Assembly (NCBI GenBank): GCA_043754515.1
Contig: JAYUUO010000059.1
Coordinates: forward strand, 1-16,122
From: Armatimonadota bacterium
GTDB lineage: Bacteria; Armatimonadota; Armatimonadia; Armatimonadales; Armatimonadaceae
DNA: 16,122 bases
Direction: 5' to 3'
Positions 8,218-15,332 of this stretch are shown piece after piece. Under the pieces are notes generated by a model. That model saw nothing but the letters and a program-made list of their open reading frames with translations, was not told the DNA's origin and did no database searches. Made by a program: the position numbers and the translations under genes. Numbering within the stretch: position 1 is the stretch's first letter; each line of letters opens with the position of its first letter.

Positions 8218-8580
8218 GGAGTAACCGACTTAGACTCAGCAGTACATTGAAGGGTTCGCGTCCCCGGTGCAGGTTCGAGTCCTGCCCCCGCCATAATTTG
8301 GCGGGGTGGCCCAACTGGTAGAGGCAGGCGCGGAGCCGACCCAGACGTTAGATTCTTGCTCCAGACTAACGCATACGCCATCCATCACGGAATCAAACGC
8401 CATCGGTCGAGGACGTTGCTCGCAGGTTCAAATCCTGCCTGCTCTATCTGTTTCATGGTTCGCCAGTTGTTTCATGGCGCGCCGGTTTAATGCAGGGCGG
8501 TAGTTTAGCGGTAAAACGCAACGGCGTAAAGAGTGAACCGGCGGCTTAAACGTGTCCGTGTGACCAGCGATGGCAAACCG
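8218..8580 (+). ncRNA. Large structured ncRNA with two circularly permuted tRNA-like modules
   Basis: Two T-arm, acceptor, D-arm modules (8253-8337 and 8414-8523), closing helix GCCATCG/CGATGGC (8399-8405/8568-8574), bracketed by TATAAT and a terminator. No credible ORF. Ends are approximate. Confidence 0.8.
8449..8486 (+). repeat. Tandem 19-bp duplication inside the ncRNA
   Basis: TGTTTCATGGTTCGCCAGT and TGTTTCATGGCGCGCCGGT, 16/19 identical. Confidence 0.85.
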
Positions 8581-8582
8581 AG

Positions 8583-8616
8583 GACCGGGGGATGGTCATT
8601 CCCCCGGTCTTTCCTT
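8583..8616 (+). terminator. Intrinsic terminator
   Basis: GACCGGGGGA-TGGTCAT-TCCCCCGGTC perfect 10-bp stem followed by TTTCCTT. Confidence 0.8.
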
Positions 8617-8620
8617 ATCC

Positions 8621-8652
8621 GGGCTACGTGCCTCATTTGGGCTACGTGCCTC
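8621..8652. repeat. 14-bp direct repeat
   Basis: GGGCTACGTGCCTC at 8621-8634 and 8639-8652. Confidence 0.85.
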
Positions 8653-8801
8653 CACTACCTTTCAAGAGCGGGCGCGACGCGGAGCATTGCGACGAGCGTC
8701 CGATGCTCTAGTGGACCAGCACGGGGAAGCTGTCCGGTTCGATTTTAGCGGCTCATTCGTGCGCGGAACTTGTGCGCGTAGTCAAGGAAGAACGTATCGT
8801 A

Positions 8802-9245
8802 ATGAAACACGATGGTATACACAAGTTCTACTACATTCTGATGGCTTGTGTCGCGCCGCTGTTCGCGATCTTGTTCCTCGGCACGCCGGTAGCGAAGCAG
8901 GAAGCGAACGCGAGCCGATCTATAGCCGACAGGATGGGGCTACCCCGGTCCATGGCGCGGTCGTACATAGCCGATGAGTCACAAAGATACATACAGTATC
9001 GCGTATACCTACCCGGAAAAAAGTGGCCCAAGAACTTCTCGGTCGATATGAGCATGGAGGACGCGGAGGAGGTAAGGAGCAACTTCCGATTCCGATTCTT
9101 CGTTAGCACGCCCTCCTTCCTAAAGATGCGCGGCTCCCTGCCGCCCTCGTTCCTGCCTGACACCTTTCTCAGGACTCCCAGCGGCCGTCTCTACTTCGAT
9201 TCCCATAACAAGGTCGGCGTTCTGTACGTGGGTCGGGGGGACTGA
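8802..9245 (+). CDS. Hypothetical membrane-anchored protein
   Basis: ATG at 8802, N-terminal hydrophobic FYYILMACVAPLFAILFLG. Codon usage is less GC-biased than the core genes. Confidence 0.6.
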   Translation: MKHDGIHKFYYILMACVAPLFAILFLGTPVAKQEANASRSIADRMGLPRSMARSYIADESQRYIQYRVYLPGKKWPKNFSVDMSMEDAEEVRSNFRFRFFVSTPSFLKMRGSLPPSFLPDTFLRTPSGRLYFDSHNKVGVLYVGRGD

Positions 9246-9313
9246 CGTCAACCATGAAACTCGCGCAGGTTCGACAGGTAGTGCCCTGGCAGGTACAGGA
9301 GGATGGCATTAAA

Positions 9314-9640
9314 ATGACAGCACCAACCCCTTCACTCAGCCAAACCACATCCCGAGCACTGAGTGCGAAACTCGCCGCCGATAGCGGCGCGGGGCGCGGG
9401 CGGCACATGGCGGAACTCGCGAGCAGGGAGTATGCCGATGTCCACGAGAATATTCTGGAGGCACTCGCGGAAGACGAATTGGCCAACCGTCTCACTCCCG
9501 ACGAAGAACGCGCCGACCTGATAGCCGCCGTTGCGGAAGCCGATGCCGACGTCGAAGCGGGGCGTACGCCCCCTTTAGCGGACGAGTTGACGCGATGGGA
9601 GACTATGAAGGCGGAACTTCTAACGCGGGGCCGCGAGTAA
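9314..9640 (+). CDS. Putative antitoxin-like protein
   Basis: AGGAGG RBS upstream. Acidic, with C-terminal AVAEADADVEAGR motif typical of ParD/RelB-type antitoxin tails. Confidence 0.6.
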   Translation: MTAPTPSLSQTTSRALSAKLAADSGAGRGRHMAELASREYADVHENILEALAEDELANRLTPDEERADLIAAVAEADADVEAGRTPPLADELTRWETMKAELLTRGRE

Positions 9641-9683
9641 CAGCCATGGCACCGCTACGACTACGGATCGAATGGAGAAGACT

Positions 9684-10022
9684 ATGAAAACCCTGACAAT
9701 CGAGTTGCCGGAAGAGTTATTCGCGCGGCTGAATGATCTGCCGCGCGAGGAGAGAAGCTTGTTTGTCGCCGCCGCCCTGAGCGGCGACCTGTCGCCGAAC
9801 CTGTCGGAGGCGATCGCGGACGCGCTGTACGCCGCCGAACTCGAGGCGAACTTCGACCCGATCAAGGACGCCGAGGAGTGCCGCCTGGGGATCGAGGAAG
9901 GACTCGCCGACATAGAAGCCGGACGTGACATCTCTATCGAAGAACTAATGGAACGCTACGGCATCACGCTTGCTGACTTAGCCGGTATCCCGGAGGGCAC
10001 TGTCAGCGGACAGATGAAATGA
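9684..10022 (+). CDS. Putative type II antitoxin (ribbon-helix-helix-like N-terminus)
   Basis: MKTLTIELPEELFARL RHH-like start, acidic IEEGLADIEAGRDISIEEL tail, GGAG RBS, stop overlaps the toxin start. Alternative start at 9672. Confidence 0.75.
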   Translation: MKTLTIELPEELFARLNDLPREERSLFVAAALSGDLSPNLSEAIADALYAAELEANFDPIKDAEECRLGIEEGLADIEAGRDISIEELMERYGITLADLAGIPEGTVSGQMK

Positions 10023-10402
10023 ATGGCGATGACGAACCAATACACTATGCGGTGCGTGTTACCGAGCGTGCAAACCGTGATATTGACGCGACGCACGTTT
10101 ACTTGGCCGATCAATACGGTGAGAAGATAGCCAATAAATGGCGACAAGCCATTATTAAAGCAATCTTGGGACTATCTTTCATGCCGGAACGATATCCCTA
10201 TGTTCCAGAAGAATATTTCAGGGTCAAGGTTCGTCACTACATATGGCGACGCACCGGGAGTACTCTGGCCTACCGAATCCTGTACAAGGTTGAGACGCAG
10301 AGCGAGGATGCGTTCGTCGTTCGGGTGATACACGTTCGTAGCACCTCGCGCGGCTCGATCTCGTCTGAAGAAGCCCGCGAAATCGAGGCTCAACAACAGT
10401 GA
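10019..10402 (+). CDS. RelE/ParE-family type II toxin
   Basis: YAVRVTERANRDI, LSFMPERYP, YRILYKV and VRVIHVRSTSR match the ParE-like pattern. Confidence 0.88.
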   Translation: MNGDDEPIHYAVRVTERANRDIDATHVYLADQYGEKIANKWRQAIIKAILGLSFMPERYPYVPEEYFRVKVRHYIWRRTGSTLAYRILYKVETQSEDAFVVRVIHVRSTSRGSISSEEAREIEAQQQ

Positions 10403-10881
10403 CCCCGCACACCCGCGAATCGTTCGCCGCCCTCGCCGAGTCGCTCCGCGCGGACGGCAAACGCGTGGTGTTCACAAACGGCGTGTTCGACATCCTGCAT
10501 GTCGGGCACCTTCGCTACCTGGAGGCCGCCCGCGCCCTCGGCGACGCGCTCCTGATCGGCGTCAACGCCGACGCTTCCGTGCGCCGCCTCAAAGGGCCGA
10601 CGCGCCCGATCAACCCCGAAGCCGAACGCGCCGAACTGCTCGCCGCGCTCCGTTGCGTGGACGGGGTCTGCGTGTTCCCCGAGGACACGCCGATGGAACT
10701 GATACGCGCCGTCCGCCCCGACATCCACGCGAAGGGCGGCGACTACAAGACGCCGGACGCCCTGCCGGAAACGCCGCTCGTGCGCTCGCTAGGCGGCGAG
10801 GTGGTTATACTGCAACTCGTGCCGGACCGCTCAACAAGCCGTATAATCGAGGCGATGAAAAAGGAACCCGCCGGAGCGTGA
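10399..10881 (+). CDS. rfaE2: D-glycero-beta-D-manno-heptose 1-phosphate adenylyltransferase (HldC/RfaE domain II)
   Basis: VVFTNGVFDILHVGHLRYL (HxGH), SVRRLKGPTRPIN, KGGDY, STSRII. GTG start. Confidence 0.92.
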   Translation: MTPHTRESFAALAESLRADGKRVVFTNGVFDILHVGHLRYLEAARALGDALLIGVNADASVRRLKGPTRPINPEAERAELLAALRCVDGVCVFPEDTPMELIRAVRPDIHAKGGDYKTPDALPETPLVRSLGGEVVILQLVPDRSTSRIIEAMKKEPAGA

Positions 10882-12014
10882 CCCCGCGCCCGCTCAAGAT
10901 TTTGCAGGTCGGCTCCGGGTTCCCCGGCTGGGGCGGCACCGAACTACATCTGGTCAACCTCGGACAACAGCTCGCCCTGCGCGGACACTCGGTCACGGTT
11001 TCAGCGCGTCCCGGCGGCTTCGTCGAGCGCGAAGCCCACAAGCGCGACCTGCCGACCGTGCCGGTGACCGTGAACCGGCAGTGGGACTTCGCCGACCGCG
11101 CCGCCCTGCGCCGCGTGCTGACCGAGGGCGCGTGGGACGTCGTGCATGTCCACTGGTCCACCGATTACGTCGTCACGCCGCTTCTGGCCCGCCGCGCCGG
11201 TGTCCCGGTTGTCATAATGAGCCGTCATTCGCCGTACCCGCTCAAGTCCGCATTCGGGCGGTTTATGTACGACCGTGTGCTTTTCGACCGCGTGATCGCG
11301 CTGTCCGAGTCGGTGCGCCAGACTCTCATCGGGAGCGGCGGACGTCAGCGCCCCGAGAAAGTCGTCACGATCCATCACGGCACGGACACGGATGCCTTCC
11401 GCCATACCACGCTCGCCCCGGATGCGGTTCGCGCCGAGTGGGGCATCCCCACCGGCCGTTTCGTGGCCGGACTGGTCGGGCGGATCGCGCCGGAGAAGGG
11501 GTACGCCGTGTTTCTGGACGCAGTGGCACTGGCGGTAACATCCGGCGCGGACTTGCACGCCGTGGTCGTCGGGGACGGGCCGGACGGCGAGATCGCGCGG
11601 GCGCGGGCCGCAATGCCGGACCTCGCGGGGCGCGTGACATTCGCCGGGTTCCGCGCCGACGTCAACAACGCCCTCAACGCCCTTGATGTTTTCGTGCTGG
11701 CATCTACATGGGCGGAGCCGTGCGCGGCGGTGATCCAGCAGGCGATGGCGCTCGGAAAGCCCGTTATCGGCACCGACACGGGCGGGACGCCGGAGATGGT
11801 CGCGGCGGGGGAGACGGGCTTGCTGGTGCCGCCCGGAAGTACCGACGCGCTCGCGGCCGCGATCCGACAGGTCGTCGCGCTCTCGCCCGCCGAACGCGAA
11901 GCGATGGGGACCGCCGGTCGCGCGCGCGCCGACGCGCTATTCACGCTCTCCGGCATGACCGACCGCAACGAATCGCTCTATGAGGAAGTCCTGCGGTCGA
12001 AGGCGACGAAATAG
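10878..12014 (+). CDS. Glycosyltransferase family 4
   Basis: GGTELH, VGRIAPEKG, DVFVLASTWAEPCAAVIQQAMALGKPVIGTDTGGTPE. GTG at 10878 overlaps the upstream TGA. Confidence 0.92.
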   Translation: MTPRPLKILQVGSGFPGWGGTELHLVNLGQQLALRGHSVTVSARPGGFVEREAHKRDLPTVPVTVNRQWDFADRAALRRVLTEGAWDVVHVHWSTDYVVTPLLARRAGVPVVIMSRHSPYPLKSAFGRFMYDRVLFDRVIALSESVRQTLIGSGGRQRPEKVVTIHHGTDTDAFRHTTLAPDAVRAEWGIPTGRFVAGLVGRIAPEKGYAVFLDAVALAVTSGADLHAVVVGDGPDGEIARARAAMPDLAGRVTFAGFRADVNNALNALDVFVLASTWAEPCAAVIQQAMALGKPVIGTDTGGTPEMVAAGETGLLVPPGSTDALAAAIRQVVALSPAEREAMGTAGRARADALFTLSGMTDRNESLYEEVLRSKATK

Positions 12015-12016
12015 CC

Positions 12017-13201
12017 GTGGCATCGTTCGGTTTCCCCCGGTTCGCGGCACCGCTCGACCCTTTCCACCCGGTGGGCGACGCGGTGATGAACCGTTGCCCG
12101 GTGCCGCGCGAGCGGGCGTCCCGCCGGATTCTGATCCAGCGCAACGGGGCGCACGGCGATATTCTGATGGCGACGCCGGTACTGTCCGCCCTGCGCGCCG
12201 CCTACCCGGACGCGCACATCACGTGGCTGGTGGAACACAAAGAGCGCACCGCGATTGACGCGCACCCGGAGATTGACGAACTGCTCCTGTTCGACAGCGT
12301 GTTCTGGAAGCGGATGATCCGGCACGGCCTCCTCCCGGTCTGGCTCGCGCGGGCACTGCGGTTTCGCGGCCAGTTGCGGGAGAAGCGGTACGACATTTTT
12401 ATCTCGTTCCAGCCGGAGGAGTGGCAACTGATCGCGCGGCACTGCGGCGCGGGCGTCCGCATCGGCATCTTCGACACGTTCCGCCAGTTCGAGAACGACA
12501 AACCGACCAGTCAAAATACCCGCTTCTATACCGACTTCTTCGCGCACCCCGACCTGCCCACGCACCGCACCGAACAGTACCTGCTCGCGCTCAAGCCGCT
12601 CGGGATCGAGCCGACGACGCGCCGGATGACGATGGGTTTTACGCGCGAGGACGACCAGGCGGCGCGCGAGGTGCTTCAAGGCGAGGTATCGGGGCGGTCG
12701 CTCGTGATCCTTGCGCCGATGACCACGTGGGAGTCGCGTTGCTGGGATGGGGCGCGGTATGCCGAACTCGGCGACCGACTCTATGCGGAAGGCGCGACGA
12801 TCGCGCTGATCGGCAGCGCGAAGGAGGCGGAGCCGATCAACGCGGTCGCGGCGCGGATGCAGACGAAGCCGCTCGTCGTTGCGGGGCGGCTGACGTTCCG
12901 CGAAATGGCGGCCTTTATCGCGCGGGCGTCGCTCCTGGTGAGCGGCGACACCGGGCCGATGCACGTCGCGGCGGCGGTTGGCACACCGTTCCTATCGCTC
13001 TTCGGGCCGACCCCCGCCGACGGCCGCAAGCCGCTCGCGGGGCGCGGCACGGTGCTTTTGCATCCGGTGCCGTGCGGGCCTTGCGACCAAAAGGTTTGCC
13101 CGAACGTTGGCGAGACGCACGTGCTCTGCATGAATCTACTCACCGTGGACGAAGTCGCGGCGGCGGCGCGGCAACTGCTCGCGAAAGCCGTCGCCGCGTG
13201 A
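12017..13201 (+). CDS. Glycosyltransferase family 9 (heptosyltransferase-like)
   Basis: GAHGDILMATP, AYPDAHITWLV, SGDTGPMHVAAAVGTP, LFGPT, C-terminal CGPC..C..CM. Start uncertain (12017 or 12086). Confidence 0.92.
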   Translation: MASFGFPRFAAPLDPFHPVGDAVMNRCPVPRERASRRILIQRNGAHGDILMATPVLSALRAAYPDAHITWLVEHKERTAIDAHPEIDELLLFDSVFWKRMIRHGLLPVWLARALRFRGQLREKRYDIFISFQPEEWQLIARHCGAGVRIGIFDTFRQFENDKPTSQNTRFYTDFFAHPDLPTHRTEQYLLALKPLGIEPTTRRMTMGFTREDDQAAREVLQGEVSGRSLVILAPMTTWESRCWDGARYAELGDRLYAEGATIALIGSAKEAEPINAVAARMQTKPLVVAGRLTFREMAAFIARASLLVSGDTGPMHVAAAVGTPFLSLFGPTPADGRKPLAGRGTVLLHPVPCGPCDQKVCPNVGETHVLCMNLLTVDEVAAAARQLLAKAVAA

Positions 13202-14262
13202 AGCACCTCGCCATCGTGAAACTGTGGGCACTGGGCGACATCGTGATGGCGACCCCGATGCTACAGGCCGTTCACGCCGCGCATCCGGGTTGCCGCGTCA
13301 CGTGGATCGCCAACAAAACGTGGGCACCCGCGCTCGAAGAACACCCGCTGATCGCCGAGGTGATCGCGCTCGACATTGACGCCTGGCGGGGGCTGTGGCG
13401 TGGGGGCCGGTTCGCGGCGTGGGGACGTGAGACCGCGCGAATCCGCCGGGATTTGCGGGCGCGCGGCTTCGACGCGCTGATCCATTGCCACCCGGAAAAA
13501 TGGTGGATGGCGTTCCTGGCCGTCGCGCCGCGCCGGGTCGCGCTGTTCCACGGCGCGGTGCCGCGCTGGGCGCGGGCGGCGTACACCGACGTCGTGACTT
13601 ATGCGCCGGGGGCGCACGAGACCGACTTCTACCTCGGCGCGACGCGGCACCTGGGCATCCCCGACGCCGGGCACGCGCTCTCGGTTGCCGAGCCGTCCGC
13701 AGGCAAGGCGTACGCCGACGCCTTTCTCGCGCGGCACGCGCCGGGACATTGTGGCCCGGTGGTGCTGCTCGCGCCGCTCGCGACGGCGGATAACCGGTGC
13801 TGGGAGCCGGAGCGTTACGCCGAGATTATACGCTGGCTGTGGCGCGAGCGCGGCGCGGTCGTGGTGCTCTCCTGCGCCGGAAAAGACGCGGAGAAAATCC
13901 GGCCCATCGTCGAGCTATCCGGGGTTTGTCCGATCCTCGCGGACGGCACTACTGTCCCCGAGTACGTCGCCCTGATCGCGCGTGCCGACCTCGTGGTTTG
14001 CGCCGACAGTAGCGCGATGCATCTCGCAGCCGCGACGGGCACGCCGTTTATCGCCCTGTTTGGCGCGACCCCCGTTGAGTGCCGCGCCCCGCGCAAATCC
14101 GGGGTGGGCGGCACCGCGCTGTTCCACCCGCTCCCGTGCGCCCCGTGTGATAGATCCACCTGCGCGAACCCGGAGTTCCGGGCGTGCATGAAGCAGATCA
14201 CGGTCGCCGAAGTCAAATCCGCGATTGACGGTTATCTGACCGGGACGGGGGCGCGGGCATGA
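13198..14262 (+). CDS. Glycosyltransferase family 9 (heptosyltransferase-like)
   Basis: ALGDIVMATP, DSSAMHLAAATGTP, CAPC..C..CM. GTG at 13198 overlaps the upstream TGA. Confidence 0.92.
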   Translation: MKHLAIVKLWALGDIVMATPMLQAVHAAHPGCRVTWIANKTWAPALEEHPLIAEVIALDIDAWRGLWRGGRFAAWGRETARIRRDLRARGFDALIHCHPEKWWMAFLAVAPRRVALFHGAVPRWARAAYTDVVTYAPGAHETDFYLGATRHLGIPDAGHALSVAEPSAGKAYADAFLARHAPGHCGPVVLLAPLATADNRCWEPERYAEIIRWLWRERGAVVVLSCAGKDAEKIRPIVELSGVCPILADGTTVPEYVALIARADLVVCADSSAMHLAAATGTPFIALFGATPVECRAPRKSGVGGTALFHPLPCAPCDRSTCANPEFRACMKQITVAEVKSAIDGYLTGTGARA

Positions 14263-15332
14263 AGCACATCGCGATTCTGAAATTGCAGGCACTCGGCGAT
14301 ATCGTGATGTCAACGCCGCTCCTGACCGCGATCAAAACGAAATACCCGGACTGCCGGATCACGTGGATCGCCAACAAAACATGGGCACCCGCTCTCGAAG
14401 GCCACCCGCTGATCGCCGAGGTGATCGCGCTTCCGACGGAGCACCGGCGCAAACTCTGGCGGGGCCGGAATTATGCCCGGTGGTTCGCCGACACCTGGCG
14501 TTTGCAGGGCGAGCTGGGCGAGCGCCGCTTCGACGCGGTACTCAACTTTCACCCCGAGAGGTGGTGGACACACCCGCTCTGTGTCGCGCCCCGCCGCGTC
14601 GGCGTGTTCCCCGGCAAGGTGCCGTTCTGGGCGGGCGCGGTCTGCACGGACATATTGCGCAACGAACATACCGAGCACGACACGAAGCATTACCTCGCGG
14701 CGACGCGGCACCTCGGCATCCCCGACGCCGGGTACACGCTGACGATTGGCGCGGAGGAGGACCGGGTGCTGTTCTTTCGCGACTTTGTCGCGCGGCACGC
14801 GCCGGGGCACCGGGGTCCGGTGGTGGTCGTCGCGCCGTTCTCGACGGCGGATAACAAATGCTGGGATGGGTCGCGTGTCGCCGCCCTGTGCGACCGTTTG
14901 CGGACACAGTTCGGCGCGCTCGTGATCATGACGATGGGACCCGGCGACGGCGAAAAGGCGCGGGAAATCGCGGAACAAGCGGCGTATCCCCCGGTGCTCG
15001 CGGAGGGCACCAGTCTTCCCGAGTACATCGCGCTCCTGCGCCACGCGGACCTCGCGGTAACGATGGACTCCAGCGCGATGCACCTGTGCGCCGCGCTCGG
15101 TACGCCGTTCGTGACGCTGTGGGGGCCGACCGACGAGACGAAACTGCGCCCCCTCGTCGGCGAGGGGATGACACTGCGCTCCCCGCTCGCGTGCGCCCCG
15201 TGTCACCGCTCGACCTGCGCGAATCCGTACTTCCGGGAGTGCATGGACCGGATCACGGTGAGCGACGTCGAAGGCGCGGTCGCGTCGAGCGGGTTCCTAC
15301 GCGCCCTGCCAGTCGTCCAGAGCCGCCGCTAG
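14259..15332 (+). CDS. Glycosyltransferase family 9 (heptosyltransferase-like)
   Basis: ALGDIVMSTP, DSSAMHLCAALGTP, LWGPT, CAPC..C..CM. ATGA overlap with the upstream gene. Confidence 0.92.
   Translation: MKHIAILKLQALGDIVMSTPLLTAIKTKYPDCRITWIANKTWAPALEGHPLIAEVIALPTEHRRKLWRGRNYARWFADTWRLQGELGERRFDAVLNFHPERWWTHPLCVAPRRVGVFPGKVPFWAGAVCTDILRNEHTEHDTKHYLAATRHLGIPDAGYTLTIGAEEDRVLFFRDFVARHAPGHRGPVVVVAPFSTADNKCWDGSRVAALCDRLRTQFGALVIMTMGPGDGEKAREIAEQAAYPPVLAEGTSLPEYIALLRHADLAVTMDSSAMHLCAALGTPFVTLWGPTDETKLRPLVGEGMTLRSPLACAPCHRSTCANPYFRECMDRITVSDVEGAVASSGFLRALPVVQSRR

Noticed and set aside
8269..8293. attL/attR tRNA 3' fragment of an integrated element
   Set aside because: It does not match either tRNA in the window, there is no integrase, and it is integrated with a matching 5' half.
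8300..8446. A normal-order tRNA (5' half at 8300, T-arm at 8422) with a large intron in the anticodon arm
   Set aside because: GGCGGGG does not pair with CTGCTCT. Each acceptor strand pairs fully only in the permuted arrangement, and no group I intron core is evident.
8306..8503. 65-aa ORF (and 8533-8748, 8570-8977)
   Set aside because: No RBS or codon bias. The first overlaps the structured RNA and the others cross its terminator.
8218..8580. Calling the RNA the genome's ssrA (tmRNA) or a decayed tRNA array
   Set aside because: Full D-stems, two modules, no CCA and no pk1/normal-length tag argue against ssrA. Intact permuted pairing and absent anticodon loops argue against random decay.
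12421..14262. 613-aa ORF (likewise the 10653 start for GT4 and 15962 for Nudix)
   Set aside because: The extensions are off-frame or intergenic readings. Real starts are 13198, 10878 and 15806.
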